Assembly (NCBI GenBank): GCA_964016885.1
Contig: OZ024741.1
Span: forward strand, 52,824,001 to 52,888,000
Length of the DNA: 64,000 bases
Source of the DNA: Eledone cirrhosa
Lineage: Eukaryota
Direction: 5' to 3'
Position numbers and translations under genes: made by a program. Position 1 is the first letter of the stretch. Each line of letters opens with the position of its first letter. Under the pieces are notes generated by a model. It was not told the origin of the DNA and made no database searches. It saw only the letters and a program-made list of their open reading frames with translations. This document shows, one piece after another, positions 1-12,358 of this stretch.

Positions 1-44
1 TTGAGGACCCATAGAAGATAGTAGTTAATATGTTTGATGCAGGA

Positions 45-170
45 TGCCTGAATGGTTTAGAATCTTGCTTCATGATTATGAAGTCCCGGGATCGATCCTA
101 CTCTATGTCATCGCAGGAGTGTCATTTACCATTGAAATTGCTTAGATAGAAACTGTTTGGAAACCTGTCG
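45..170 (+). mobile_element. Degenerate tRNA-derived SINE fragment
   Basis: Decayed A-box (gcctgaatggtttaga) and B-box (gggatcgatcc) followed by a SINE-body-like tail; heavily diverged. Confidence 0.4.
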
Positions 171-243
171 GATGGACTGCATCGGTAATTCGAAGGCTAC
201 CTATTTTGATTACATGTACAACTCATTTCTTTCTCAGCTATGT

Positions 244-312
244 GTACTGGTGCAACGTGAAATAAATTGTCTTGCTCAAGGACGTAACTTCCCGGAGGAA
301 ATCAAAATAACG
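244..312 (-). mobile_element. Degenerate CORE-type SINE fragment
   Basis: gcaacgtgaaataaattgtcttgctcaaggac closely matches the SINE at 5596-5714. Confidence 0.55.
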
Positions 313-392
313 ATAACAAGAATGAAACAGGTCTAGTCAGTTTTATACAAGTCATTTCGATATGAAACAAATTTCTACCTTCTCTAGTAATG

Positions 393-394
<2 letters not shown>

Positions 395-490
<96 letters not shown>

Positions 491-500
491 TATATATATG
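395..500. repeat. Compound (CT)n(CA)n(TA)n microsatellite
   Basis: Directly visible. Confidence 0.95.
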
Positions 501-966
501 AGTGTGTGTGTCTGTGAGTGCATACTTTACTGACTCTTTCCACCTACTCGTTTATTTGCTCTCTAAATTCTTACCTCACTCCATTCCTTCCATTAAATGA
601 AGAATTGTTTTATTGATTCTTTTATTCGTGCATTTCTATGTAAAACCTTCTAAAATCTCCCAGTATAGTGTTGTGAGTGCTTATATGTATGCAGTATTCA
701 TACACATAATACCTACACATTATCTCTGGTTATCAACCCATATAATCCACTTTACCCATTTTTAAACCCTTATATTTTACTTGATCTTATTTGATCCTAT
801 TTACTAATTTATTTAACTCATTTGCTCATTTACTTCTAACCCACTTTTTATTGTTAATTATTCACTTAAAAATACTCCTTCAACCTATAAGCACCGTCTA
901 TAAATAGCCTTACCCCAAAACCCCCACATCCTTCTACCCCTTATTCCTACCAGCATTATGTCCCTT

Positions 967-1042
967 TCCTTATGCGGTCGATAAAATAAAGTACCAGTAA
1001 TACACTGGGATAATTGCTGGCCTTGTGCCAAAAGTAGAAACA
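967..1042 (+). mobile_element. 5'-truncated Nin-domain SINE with 12-bp target site duplication
   Basis: Matches the 3' half of the full SINE at 16946-17125; flanked by attatgtccctt at 955-966 and 1043-1054. Confidence 0.85.
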
Positions 1043-1257
1043 ATTATGTCCCTTCTCCTCCTAATCCACTCTTACCCACTAACGACTCATACCCTCACCC
1101 ACGCTACTTCTTTTCCTGACCCCTTGCCTGTCCAAATACATTTACCATTGTCTGGCTACCCTCTTTCTCCGCCAGACCAGTTTACTACCATGAACAATTC
1201 AACCAAAGCACTATGAAGTCCAGTGATCTATATTTTCACACTCTAAAAATATAACTA

Positions 1258-1302
1258 CACCATTGACAAGGCTTGCTGAACACACAAGTCGAAAGCGCTT
1301 GG
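1258..1302 (+). ncRNA. Variant hammerhead motif (U3:A8 core) ending a pyrimidine-rich, PLE-3'UTR-like tract
   Basis: TTGACAA, stem II ggcttg/caagtc, GAAA, palindromic gcgc, then TT; stem I weak. Confidence 0.5.
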
Positions 1303-2479
1303 AACCGCGGTTGGGATTTTACATATCTCTCTCTATATATGTTTGTAACCACACAGCCATGCGCCTTCACGAGCTTGTAAAGAGTGTTAATTAAGTACCC
1401 TTGATGGTTTTCTATTGAATGGTTTTAGTGTCCGCTTTCGTATGTATTCTACATTTGCGGAGTTATTCCATTTTCCGTTAACAAACACAAGAACAACAAC
1501 AAGAACGACGGTGACCCATGTGTATTATCATCTGAATGGTGATATACTATGAGACATAAAAGATAAGTACTGTTATCATAATGGTAATTATAAAATATTA
1601 AGGTGAAAATTATATTATATTAATTACGAAACTTAAGAGATAAGAAATGCTAATTCGGTAATATGAATAATTTTTAATATCATATTAAATATAATATTAA
1701 AAATATTGAACGCATTAACATTGAGGTCGATAGGGAAAGTGTGGAAAAAATTGTTGGTACTAAATTTTGAAATGCATGTGTGACTAGTTTAGCGAAGAGA
1801 TATAATCAATATATATATTAATAATAAATATTCAATATTATACAGAAACTACGCAATATGAGAGCTACAGCTTGATAAAGTTTGTTTCCGCCATACTAGA
1901 AATGAGTGTGGGTCAATGGTTGTTTAACGGATCATAAGAGTCAAGAATTATGGATGATATCTAGTATAGGCGTTTATATTAGGGTTGGCTTTGATTATCT
2001 GACTGTATTGGGTATGGGTTAGGGCATTCGACGGTCTCATTTCGTGGATAAACTAGGGTTTGTTCTAGATGTATTCACGTTCAGTTTCGGATTATGGCGG
2101 TCTTGCCTTCTGGCCGAGTCATTAGAAAGCTTTGCTATATTTTTTCCAACTCTGCACTCTGTGTTCAAATTCCCCCGAAAACAACTTGGTTTTTTTTATC
2201 ATTTTGAGGTCGATAAAAAAAGAAGCAGTCTAGAATTGGGACTGATTCTTCCTCTATATATTTTTCTCAGCCCCTCTCCTTTTCTGGAAAAGATTGACTA
2301 TGTTTAAACATGGAAAGGGGATGGGATCTATCAGGCTTTTAAAAATGCTCAAGAAACGCCGTATTTCCCCTACGACACCACAAACAGTTACGTATGCATA
2401 TATGTATTTGTCTTATCTGATATAATTTAACATCTTAGAATGACATCCATTTTAACAACGTCCATACATATACCCTCTT

Positions 2480-2592
2480 GATGTTTTAGTCATTGGATTT
2501 TGGATATGCCAAGGTACAGCCCTCCAGGATGTTTAGTTAGTCATAGTGACCATTGTAATAATTTCGATCTCGTACTTATTTTATCGATCTCT
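2480..2592 (-). mobile_element. Degenerate Nin-domain SINE 3' fragment
   Basis: gtacttattttatcgatc resembles the Nin-like core of the SINE at 16946-17125. Confidence 0.4.
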
Positions 2593-2950
2593 ATTTTATC
2601 GATTGACTAAGCTAGCATTTTAACGTAACACGTGTTTACTGGCGATCTTATGTCAAATATATTGAATAGAGAATCAGAAAAACCGTCATAAACACATGTA
2701 TGCATATCTATATATAACATTCTGCTGCACACTTTTAATATACCAAATCTCTTTGACAAGGTATTGGTAAAATCATGTCTAGCATACAAACACACACTTG
2801 CACATACATAAACGCACACATGCACACTGAAACACACATACACATATTTCTATAAATAAATTTTATAACAGCAATGTATAAAGGGATTTTTTTCATATTC
2901 TTATAACATGGCCACAATATTTCAACAAAACTTCATCTGAATCTGAATAA

Positions 2951-3033
<83 letters not shown>

Positions 3034-3174
3034 CGGATTAACACAGATGAGAGGTACAGTAGGGTTTATTTCTAGCATTTACATATGTTTCATAACCTTG
3101 TCGTCGTCTTGAAATCGCTATTCTCAATTATCAATTGTGAAAAGTCGAATTCGATTTTTCACACTTTGAGAATA

Positions 3175-3304
3175 TATAGGTATACGAGATATCGTTTTTG
3201 GTTTCCCTTTTTTGAAAATTCGCCAGTAACGTTGTAATATATTACAACGCTACTCACGAATTTTCAAAATAAGGAAACCCAAAACAATATCTCGTATACC
3301 TATA
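3175..3304. repeat. Fold-back inverted repeat abutting (TA)n
   Basis: tataggtatacgagatat... and ...atatctcgtatacctata arms, apex near 3240; preceded by a second hairpin at ~3120-3173. Confidence 0.85.
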
Positions 3305-3315
3305 TATATATATAT

Positions 3316-3557
3316 ATTAGAAAATATATACTTTTCACCGTATTTTTAACTAAAGGAATTTTAGCTTGATAACGGGGTTTAGAACCCTCAGATAAGTGGA
3401 AAAAGATGAGTATTGACGTACGTCAATACTCATCTTTTTCCATTTATCTGAGGGTTCTAAACACCATTATCAAGCTAAAATTCCTTTAGTTAAAAATACG
3501 GTGAAAGCTATATATTTTCTAATTTCAAACTCGCTCACTGTTTCAAAACATACTTAC

Positions 3558-3560
<3 letters not shown>
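3316..3560 (+). mobile_element. Fold-back copy of the tRNA-containing 261-bp repeat family, in (TA)n
   Basis: Near-perfect palindrome centred on gtac (3418-3421); homologous to 4889-5423. Confidence 0.85.
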
Positions 3561-3591
<31 letters not shown>

Positions 3592-3681
3592 ATATAAACG
3601 CGTGTAACAGGTTGATACGCAATAAATGTTTTTCATATTATATATATGTTTTCTATTATATATATATAGAGAGAGAGAGAT

Positions 3682-3734
3682 GAGATTCTACAGGACTAGA
3701 ACTGTTTCATTCTTTAGAAATCCTCAGGAATCTC
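3682..3734 (-). ncRNA. Type I hammerhead ribozyme
   Basis: Reverse complement of 3805-3857 with a CTGAGGA core. Confidence 0.85.
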
Positions 3735-3743
3735 TCTATATAC

Positions 3744-3797
<54 letters not shown>

Positions 3798-3804
3798 GTA
3801 TAGA

Positions 3805-3857
3805 GAGATTCCTGATGATTTCTAAAGAATGAAACAGTTCTAGTCCTGTAGAATCTC
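3805..3857 (+). ncRNA. Type I hammerhead ribozyme
   Basis: Stem I gagattc/gaatctc, CTGATGA (3812-3818), stem II ttc/gaa, GAAA, stem III cag/ctg, GUA cleavage triplet. Confidence 0.9.
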
Positions 3858-4194
3858 ATCTCTCTCTCTCTCTATATATATATATATAATAGAAAACATA
3901 TATATAATATGAAAAACATTTATTGCGTATCAACCTGTTACACGCGTTTCGCAGAGGATTGGCTCAAGATACCTATAGTAGTTATATATATATGCTTTTT
4001 GCATTGAGTAGTCATTCTCCTGTCTTTCAACACTATTCGAAAAGGGGACAAAGGAAAAGAAAACAAACGCAAGGAGAACATAAGCATAGACAAGGAAATG
4101 AGAAAAATTACTGGGAGACAGTGAAGCAAACAAAGAGCGTCCTCCCAACAGCTATTCATCGTTAGATATCAATGTAGTTTCGCGCAATTACTGA

Positions 4195-4285
<91 letters not shown>

Positions 4286-4826
4286 CCTGGTGTTTAGTTA
4301 TAATATATTACTATAGGAGGCACCTATTTGAAGTCTCTTTATTGGTTATTCAGTGTTAAAGGCGCATATTAACACCGACATCTGTGTGTTATTTGTATAA
4401 TACGCAGAGTGTTTTCCTCAAGAAAGAGCGATCTCGTACATAGAGCCCAAACAGCCTTGTTGGGTAGCAAGTTGGAAACTCGCTTTGCTTGTCACTTATT
4501 CCTCGATAACATCTTACTCCTTGTCCAAATCCTTTCTCCTGGGATATGGTGAAGAAGGATGCAGAAGAGATAGAAGAAATATATACTGGTCCGACATCAG
4601 GAAAGACTGGTCATGTTCCAATACAGAGACCCTTTTGCCTAGTAGAGGTTTATGGCAAATGTTTAGGTTGGTACCCAAATGTCTGATTACACCAGTTAAG
4701 GGAGGTTATATATATAAATACACACACTGACACACACACAGACGCACAAAACACATATACATATATTTATATATATATATATATACAAATACACACACGC
4801 ATCATCACATACATACAATACATATA

Positions 4827-4888
<62 letters not shown>

Positions 4889-4898
<10 letters not shown>

Positions 4899-5423
4899 GA
4901 ATAGCTTTCACCGTATTTTTTTACTAAAGAAATTTTAGCCTGATAATGGGGTTTAGAACCCTCAGATAAATGGAAAAAGATGAGTATTGACGTACATGGG
5001 AGTCGACTCCCATGTACGCCAATACTCATGATTTTCCATTTATCTGAGGGTTCTAAACCCCATTATCAGGCTAAAATTTCTTTAGTAAAAAAATACGGTG
5101 AAAGCTAATCTATTTTCTACTTTCAAACCTGCTCACTGTTTCAAAACATACTTACTTGTCATTTAAACTCGCTAAGAATGTAGCTTCTAATTTGAATGGA
5201 AAGAGATGGGTGATGTGTTGGTGTAATGGTAGCACAGTGGTTTGGATAACCAAAGATGTGGATTCGACTCCCATGTATGTCAATACTCATCTTTTTCCAT
5301 TTATCTGAGGGTTCTAAACCCCATTATCAGGCTAAAATTTCTTTAGTCAAAAAATTACGGTGAAAACTATTCTATTTTCTAATTTCAAACCTGCTCACTG
5401 TTTGAAAATATACTTACTTGTCA
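4889..5423 (+). mobile_element. tRNA-containing non-autonomous element: 5' inversion plus partial tandem (261-bp period), in (TA)n
   Basis: Palindrome centred on gtcgac (5002-5007); cgactcccatgta recurs at 5004 and 5265. Confidence 0.85.
5212..5282 (+). other. tRNA-like cloverleaf (pseudo-tRNA / Pol III A+B boxes) inside the repeat
   Basis: Acceptor gatgtgt/gtatgtc, D arm gtgt-aatggta-gcac, anticodon arm tggt/acca, T loop ttcgact; several wobbles and mismatches; isotype unclear. Confidence 0.7.
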
Positions 5424-5461
5424 TATATATATATATGTACACATATATATATATATATGTG

Positions 5462-5496
<35 letters not shown>

Positions 5497-5595
5497 CGGA
5501 ACGATCGACTTTCGCCAAATCGGCCGAGAAAACAATGTTTCCATTTTGTCTTTCCAATTGCTAATACTATCTATCGGTCGCAACTCCAGGTAGAA

Positions 5596-5898
<303 letters not shown>

Positions 5899-6412
5899 TC
5901 ACATATATTTACCTAAACTGCGATTCTGTTTTTCTCTCTCTCTCTCTTACTGCTCCCTCGTTCTCTCTGTTTCTCCTACTTTCTCCTACTTTCGCCCCCT
6001 CTGTCATGTCAGTTAACTCTTCCTCACACTTCCACTCACTCACTCACTGTTTCTCCCCTTCTCACTTCACCCCGTTCGCGACGAATACATTTTCCTTCTT
6101 TCTCACATTGGATTCATCTCGAAAGGTCTTTTTTCTAAGCGCTCATATATTCACCTAGCTTATGCTAACAGAATAACTATGTAGCTTGTTCCCTTCCTCT
6201 CTACGGTTAGCTTTCCTCTTTGTTGTTTACTTGTCTCACTCGCTTTACGCGTTTTAATTGTCCTAATAAATTAATTTAGTTATTATTGCACCGACGTGAG
6301 GTATATGATTTTTAATGCAATGAAATATCTATGATCGTTGGCAAATCACTGATGAGGGACTCATTTTATAACATGATATCCATGTGCAACCTGCAGTATT
6401 CTTCTCCCCATT

Positions 6413-6464
<52 letters not shown>

Positions 6465-6466
<2 letters not shown>

Positions 6467-7580
6467 ATAATAATAAATTTGAAGACTAAAATCCAAAGAG
6501 GGCTCGATAAGGATAAATATATATCAAATATATAAGAACCGTAGAGCAAATATTTATTAAAATAACAGATTAAAGTTTAAGCAAAGAATCGCTGCTTTCA
6601 CTCTTAACGGGATCTTCTGAAACTAACAAAGTCAATTTGTAAACGCAGAACTGGATATTTCAAAAAACGTTGCAACCGGAGGAAGACAGGAAGACGATAC
6701 TTTGGTTCGTGGAAACGTTCGCTGGCAAAGAACGGGAAAAAACGAATATTACGTCATTAATAGGAGCGGTGAAAAACAATTACGCGCAAAGACAGAACCA
6801 CGTTTATGGTATAAAAGAGGTCGTAGACTAATGTTCTCTTAGGTGGTGCATAGAGACGTTCTCTGGCAATGAACGAAAAAACGAAGATAATACGTCATAT
6901 GTGGAGCGTGGAGAACAATAGCAAGCAAAGACAAAACCACGTAAATGGTATAGCAGAAGTCGTAGACTAAAATTCTAACTAGGAGACTAAATGAATCTCC
7001 GCTACAGAGTTAAGAACAAAGTAAATAAATACAATACAGAAGTAATAGAAATAAATAAATGCATACACTCAAACAAATACGTACATACACAAGCATACGC
7101 AAAACCTTACCTTAGGTATACAAAACCACGCATTTATATGTGCGTGGTTTTGTATACCTATGTTAAGGTTTTGCGTATGCTTGTGTATGTACGTATTTGT
7201 TTGCGTGTATGCATTTATTTCTATTACTTCTGTATTGTATTTATTTACTTTGTTCTTAACTCTGTAGCGGAGATTCATTTGGTCTCCTAGTTAGAATTTT
7301 AGTCTACGACTTCTGCTATACCATTTACGTGGTTTTGTCTTTGCTTGCTATTGTTCTCCACGCTCCACATATGACGTATTATCTTCGTTTTTTCCTGTTC
7401 TTTGCCAGCGAACGTTTCCACGAACCAAAGTATCGTCTTCCTGTCTTCCTCCAGTTGCAACGTTTTTTGAAATATCCAGTTCTGCGTTTACAGATTGACT
7501 TTGTTAGTTTCAGAAGATCCTGTTAAGGGTGAAAGCAGCGATTCTTTGCTTAAACTTTAATCTGTTATTTTAATAAATAT
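6465..7580 (-). mobile_element. Non-coding PLE-like fold-back element between (TA)n tracts
   Basis: 7140-7580 is the reverse complement of ~6549-7131, lacking one internal ~130-bp repeat; each arm has an HHR-like motif (6574-6624 minus, 7506-7556 plus) with a CAGAAGA core. Confidence 0.8.
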
Positions 7581-7596
7581 ATATATATATATATAT

Positions 7597-7778
7597 AATG
7601 TATAAAAATCAATACAATATAATTACCTCATTACCAGAGGTTTCCCGAATGAGGGAAACCTCTGGTAATGAGGTAATTATATTGTATTGATTTTTATACA
7701 TTAAATTTGGCTCTGATACTTACATAGAGCACTCTTCATTTCTATGACCTTTTCTGTTTCCAACGGAAATTTCAATAC
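7597..7778 (+). mobile_element. Short fold-back (7597-7702) carrying the 3' half of a hammerhead, plus tail
   Basis: Perfect ~50-bp arms around loop gaatga; right arm reads GAAA-cctc-loop-gagg-TA. Confidence 0.7.
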
Positions 7779-7946
7779 TTATATATATATATATATATAT
7801 ATATACATAACAAAGGAATTGTGGTAAGGAACCAGATGGACCATAACGCACCAAATGGACCATAACGAGTCCAGAAATAGCCGTCGAAACGGCTTGAGCT
7901 CTGCCGCCGGGGTCATACTTTTCCCTATATGTACATATATATATGT

Positions 7947-7994
<48 letters not shown>

Positions 7995-8085
7995 TCCCCA
8001 CCATCACCCCACTCTCCAGAGCGTGAAATTAATAAACATTCGTTGTACTGCCTCTCTGTTTTGTTCCTGTTCAAATTTTCCATTA
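7995..8085 (+). mobile_element. PLE-like 3' terminal fragment
   Basis: agcgtgaa...taataaac...ctgcctctctgttttgttcc is homologous to 12706-12780 (minus), which lies 3' of an HHR core. Confidence 0.6.
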
Positions 8086-8158
8086 TATATATATATATAT
8101 TTCGTTTCTGAATATATATATTTCGTTTCTTATTGGCAACATGACCCTCCCAAAGTAT

Positions 8159-8241
<83 letters not shown>

Positions 8242-9372
8242 TATACATACATGCACATATGCATACATACATTTATACATGCATACATACATACACCTAT
8301 ATACATACATGCATAGATATGTACACATATATACATGCATAAATACATACATTCTCAACTATAAGGAAGAAACAAGAATTATTTATTGCACCTCCTTATC
8401 TTGCGGGTGAATTAAATAGTTGATATTTCAAATTGTCGGCCACTCAAATTTTGGCAGCAGTAAACCATGACTACCGGCACCACCACCGTCCAACTTTACA
8501 GTAAATATTTAGAAGCATAAATTCGATATGGACAGATTTCCCGATAGGCATTCTCCGGAAAATAATAAGTATAGCCGTCATAAAAAGTCTATTTACGAAC
8601 CAGTAACAAACCGTTAACTCTTACAAAACAATATATTTGAAGAATTTTTGCATTGCGAGATTTTTAATTGAAAGTGAGGTAAAAAGTAAAAACATCAAAT
8701 ATTTTGGCACAAACATAACATTTTTATATATCATCAATACGACCCCTGTGGCTGGTGTGGTGCAGCTAGTGCAAGTACATTGGGTTTGAAATTAATCATC
8801 TTTAACAAGTCACCTCACTTCGTCATATCAAGCAGAACAAATAGTCGGGGCCAAGGCAAGCAAAAAAGGGACTAGCATAGCCGATGGACTTACGAGAACG
8901 AACGTTCGACCACTGCATCCACATTCTAACTACTTCTGGCTAGAAAAAGGAGGAACTAAAAATAAAACTTTTTCATCGACTGAACTCTTATAAATGTGTG
9001 CCGTTTAAAAGTCCCGCATTTTAACAGGCAGTTACACCACACAGTCACCGATACAGTTCTATTTCTGAAACGTGTTTTTAAATTGATATTGCAAATATTT
9101 ATCTTTGAATTTTTTAAAATCTTATAGGCTTTATAATTAGGTACGGATCTTCTTAAATATATAATATCCTTGGATACCGGGTACAGATGTCTTATCAATT
9201 ATCAAAGAGCAGTTTTACTAACAAATATTTTTATATTATAAATAACTCATTATATATATATTTTCTCAATGGCTAGGAATTCAGTCCACGCTTTGCTATT
9301 TCCTATCCACTGAATTATTTTTTAATAAGTTTCCAGAGTCCTCGCTTTGCCTGAAAACTTAGCTGAGAATAG

Positions 9373-9454
9373 ACTTCCCTGACGACGGAATGTTTCTCTA
9401 TATCTTCTTCGGAAAATATATTTACTCCATTCCAGAAACTAATTAGTTGGAAGT
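9373..9454 (+). ncRNA. Type I hammerhead ribozyme with long stem II loop
   Basis: Stem I acttcc/ggaagt, CTGACGA, stem II ggaatg/cattcc, GAAA, palindromic ctaattag, GUU triplet. Confidence 0.85.
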
Positions 9455-9633
9455 GATATTTTAGTAAGTAAGTTAATTTTATAATTTTCTTATTTTACGG
9501 TCCTCATATTATTGTTCTGCAACCCCATGCATTGAACCACAATGTTACTAAGACAAAACCTATATATTTGCTAGCATTGATATGGATATGCATCTGTATG
9601 TATATATATGTTACTAGATATTAATTCTTTATA

Positions 9634-9724
<91 letters not shown>

Positions 9725-9932
9725 TAAATTCAGCGAGAATCGTATTTGGGCGGGTAAAAATAAGTGAAACGCAATTTCCGAGTTATAGTGGCAAGCGCTC
9801 TATGGACCAAAAGAGACCAGACCAATAACCATAGGTTATAAAGGCCACACAAACTGAGACGGCGGTTAAGAAGCTATCAACCACCTACGCCCCCAAAACG
9901 AGGCAAACTAAACGGGTCAAACAAAATAAATG

Positions 9933-10000
<68 letters not shown>

Positions 10001-10368
10001 AACAAATGAGCAACGATGGATGCTAGACACTGTACGGCTTAATTCGGGATGTTTGTTTACAAACACACCGAGAATTATAATAAATATTCGTGCATGTATG
10101 TATATATATAATATCTGTGCATGTATGTATATATATATACATACTACTGTACGTCTGTATACATATATGTATGTACGTATACATACTTATCTTTAAGTAA
10201 CAGCCGTACTAAGAGTGAGAAATGTAATTTCGTTTCATTTTTTCCGTTTATCGTTTTCGGTACCCCGGCCGATTAACTAACTCGATATGCAAATTAGGCT
10301 GTTCAGCGGTTAATATACATAAGGAAAGTATATACTTTCAGACGTTCACTCATCTAGCAGGAAGGTAT

Positions 10369-10411
10369 ACGTTGCTGACGATAGCTAATAAGCTTGAAAC
10401 TTGTACAGCGT
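10369..10411 (+). ncRNA. Hammerhead, family A copy 1 (stem III palindrome broken: cttg)
   Basis: acgttg CTGACGA t-agc/gct-t GAAA cttg TA cagcgt. Confidence 0.8.
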
Positions 10412-11011
10412 TCCATTGTCAGTGTTGAACAAATGAGCAACGATGGTTGCTAGACACTGTACGGCTTAATTCGGGATGTTTGTTTACAAACACACCGAGC
10501 ATTATAATAAATGTTCGGTGAATCCATACGTACATATATATATGTGTGCATGTATGTATATATATATACATACTACTGTACGTCTGTATACATATATGTA
10601 TGTACGTATACATACTTATATATATATAGATATGTTGAACAAATGAGCAACGATGGTTGCTAGACACTCTACGGCTTAATTCGGGATGTTTGTTTACAAA
10701 CACACCAAGAATTATAATAAATGCTCGGTGAATCCATACGTACATATATATATATATGTGCATGTATGTATATATATATATACATACTACTGTACGTCTG
10801 TATACATATTTGTATGTACGTATACATACTTATATTTAAGTAACAGCCGTACTAAGAGTGAGAAATGAAATTTCGTTTCATTTTTTCTTTTTATCGTTTT
10901 CGGTACCCCGGTCGATTAACTCACTCGATATGCAAATTAGGCTGCTCAACCGTTAATATGCACAAGGAAAGTATATACTTTCAGACGTTCAATCATCTGG
11001 CAGGAAGGTAT

Positions 11012-11054
11012 ACGTTGCTGACGATAGCTAATAAGCTTGAAACTAGTACAGCGT
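11012..11054 (+). ncRNA. Hammerhead, family A copy 2 (intact)
   Basis: acgttg CTGACGA tagctaataagctt GAAA ctag TA cagcgt; predicted cleavage after 11048 (GUA). Confidence 0.9.
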
Positions 11055-11384
11055 TCCATTGTCAGTGTTGAACAAATGAGCAACGATGGTTGCTAGACAC
11101 TGTACGGCTTAATTCGGGATGTTTGTTTACAAACACACCGAGCATTATAATAAATGTTCGGTGAATCAATACGTACATATATATATGTGTGCATGTATGT
11201 ATATATATATACATACTACTGTACGTTTGTATACATATATGTATGTACGTATACATACTTATATATATATATAGATATGTTGAACAAATGTGCAACGATG
11301 GTTGCTAGACATTGTACGGCTTAATTCGGGATGTTTGTTTACAAACACACCAAGAATTATAATAAATGTTCGGTGAATCCATAC

Positions 11385-11419
<35 letters not shown>

Positions 11420-11668
11420 CATGTATGTATATATATATACATACTACTGTACGTCTGTATACATATTTGTATGTACGTATACATACTTATATTTAAGTAA
11501 CAGCCGTACTAAGAGTGAGAAATGAAATTTCGTTTCATTTTTTCTGTTTATCGTTTTCGGTACCCCGGTCGATTAACTCACTCGATATGCAAATTAGGCT
11601 GCTCAACCGTTAATATGCATAAGGAAAGTATATACTTTCAGACGTTCAATCATCTGGCAGGAAGATAT

Positions 11669-11711
11669 ACGTTGCTGACGATAGCTAATAAGCTTGAAAT
11701 TAGTAGAGGCT
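11669..11711 (+). ncRNA. Hammerhead, family A copy 3 (stems I and III mutated)
   Basis: Core intact but 3' side reads ttag TA gaggct. Confidence 0.6.
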
Positions 11712-12315
11712 TCCATTGTCAGTGTTGAACAAATGAGCAACGATGATTGCTAGACACTGTACGGCTCAATTCGGGATGTTTGTTTACAAAAACACCGAGC
11801 ATTATAATAAATGTTCGGTGAATCCCTACGTACATATATATATGTGTGCATGTATGTATATATATATATACATACTACTGTACGTCTGTATACATATATG
11901 TATGTACGTATACATACTTATATATATATATATATATGTTGAACAAATGAGCAACGATGGTTGCTAGACACTCTACGGCTTAATTCGGGATGTTTGTTTA
12001 CAAACACACTAAGAATTATAATAAATGTTTGGTGAATCCATACGTACATATATATATATATGTGCATGTATGTATATATATATATACATACTACTGTACG
12101 TCTGTATACATATATGTATGTACGTATACATACTTATCTTTAAGTAACAGCCGTACTAAGAGTGAGAAATGAAATTTCGTTTCATTTTTTCCGTTTATCG
12201 TTTTCGGTACCCCGGCCGATTAACTCACCCGATATGCAAATTAGGCTACTCAGCCGTTATTATGCATGAGGAAAGTATATACTTTCAGACGTTCAATCAT
12301 CTGGCAGGAAGGTAT

Positions 12316-12358
12316 ACGTTGCTGACGATAGCTAATAAGCTTGAAACTAGTACAGCGT
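12316..12358 (+). ncRNA. Hammerhead, family A copy 4 (intact)
   Basis: Identical to copy 2; predicted cleavage after 12352. Confidence 0.9.

Larger units (their letters stand above)
3596..3949. repeat. Inverted repeat around a (TA)n spacer, one hammerhead per arm
   Basis: Arms ~3596-3740 and ~3799-3949 are reverse complements. Confidence 0.9.

Noticed and set aside
3365-3405. (C/T)TGATAA...GAAA in the tRNA-family antisense arm as a hammerhead
   Set aside because: Stem II does not abut GAAA, there is no stem I, and stem III arises only from the fold-back.
5212-5282. Functional tRNA gene
   Set aside because: Multiple stem mismatches, atypical anticodon loop and location inside a repeated element.
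6349-6396. CTGATGA plus hairpin at the end of pyrimidine-rich 5900-6415
   Set aside because: GAAA and stem III are missing; at best a dead relic. Similar weak relics lie near 3070-3120, 3930-3975 and 36140-36165.
10930-10937. ATGCAAAT octamer motif in both families as an snRNA-type promoter element
   Set aside because: It lies in a predicted RNA stem and no proximal sequence element is identifiable; cannot be supported, though not excluded.
10979-11017. Resemblance of ttcagacgt...gaaggtatacgt to group I intron R/S (P7) elements
   Set aside because: The pairing is not preserved in family B and overlaps HHR stem I.
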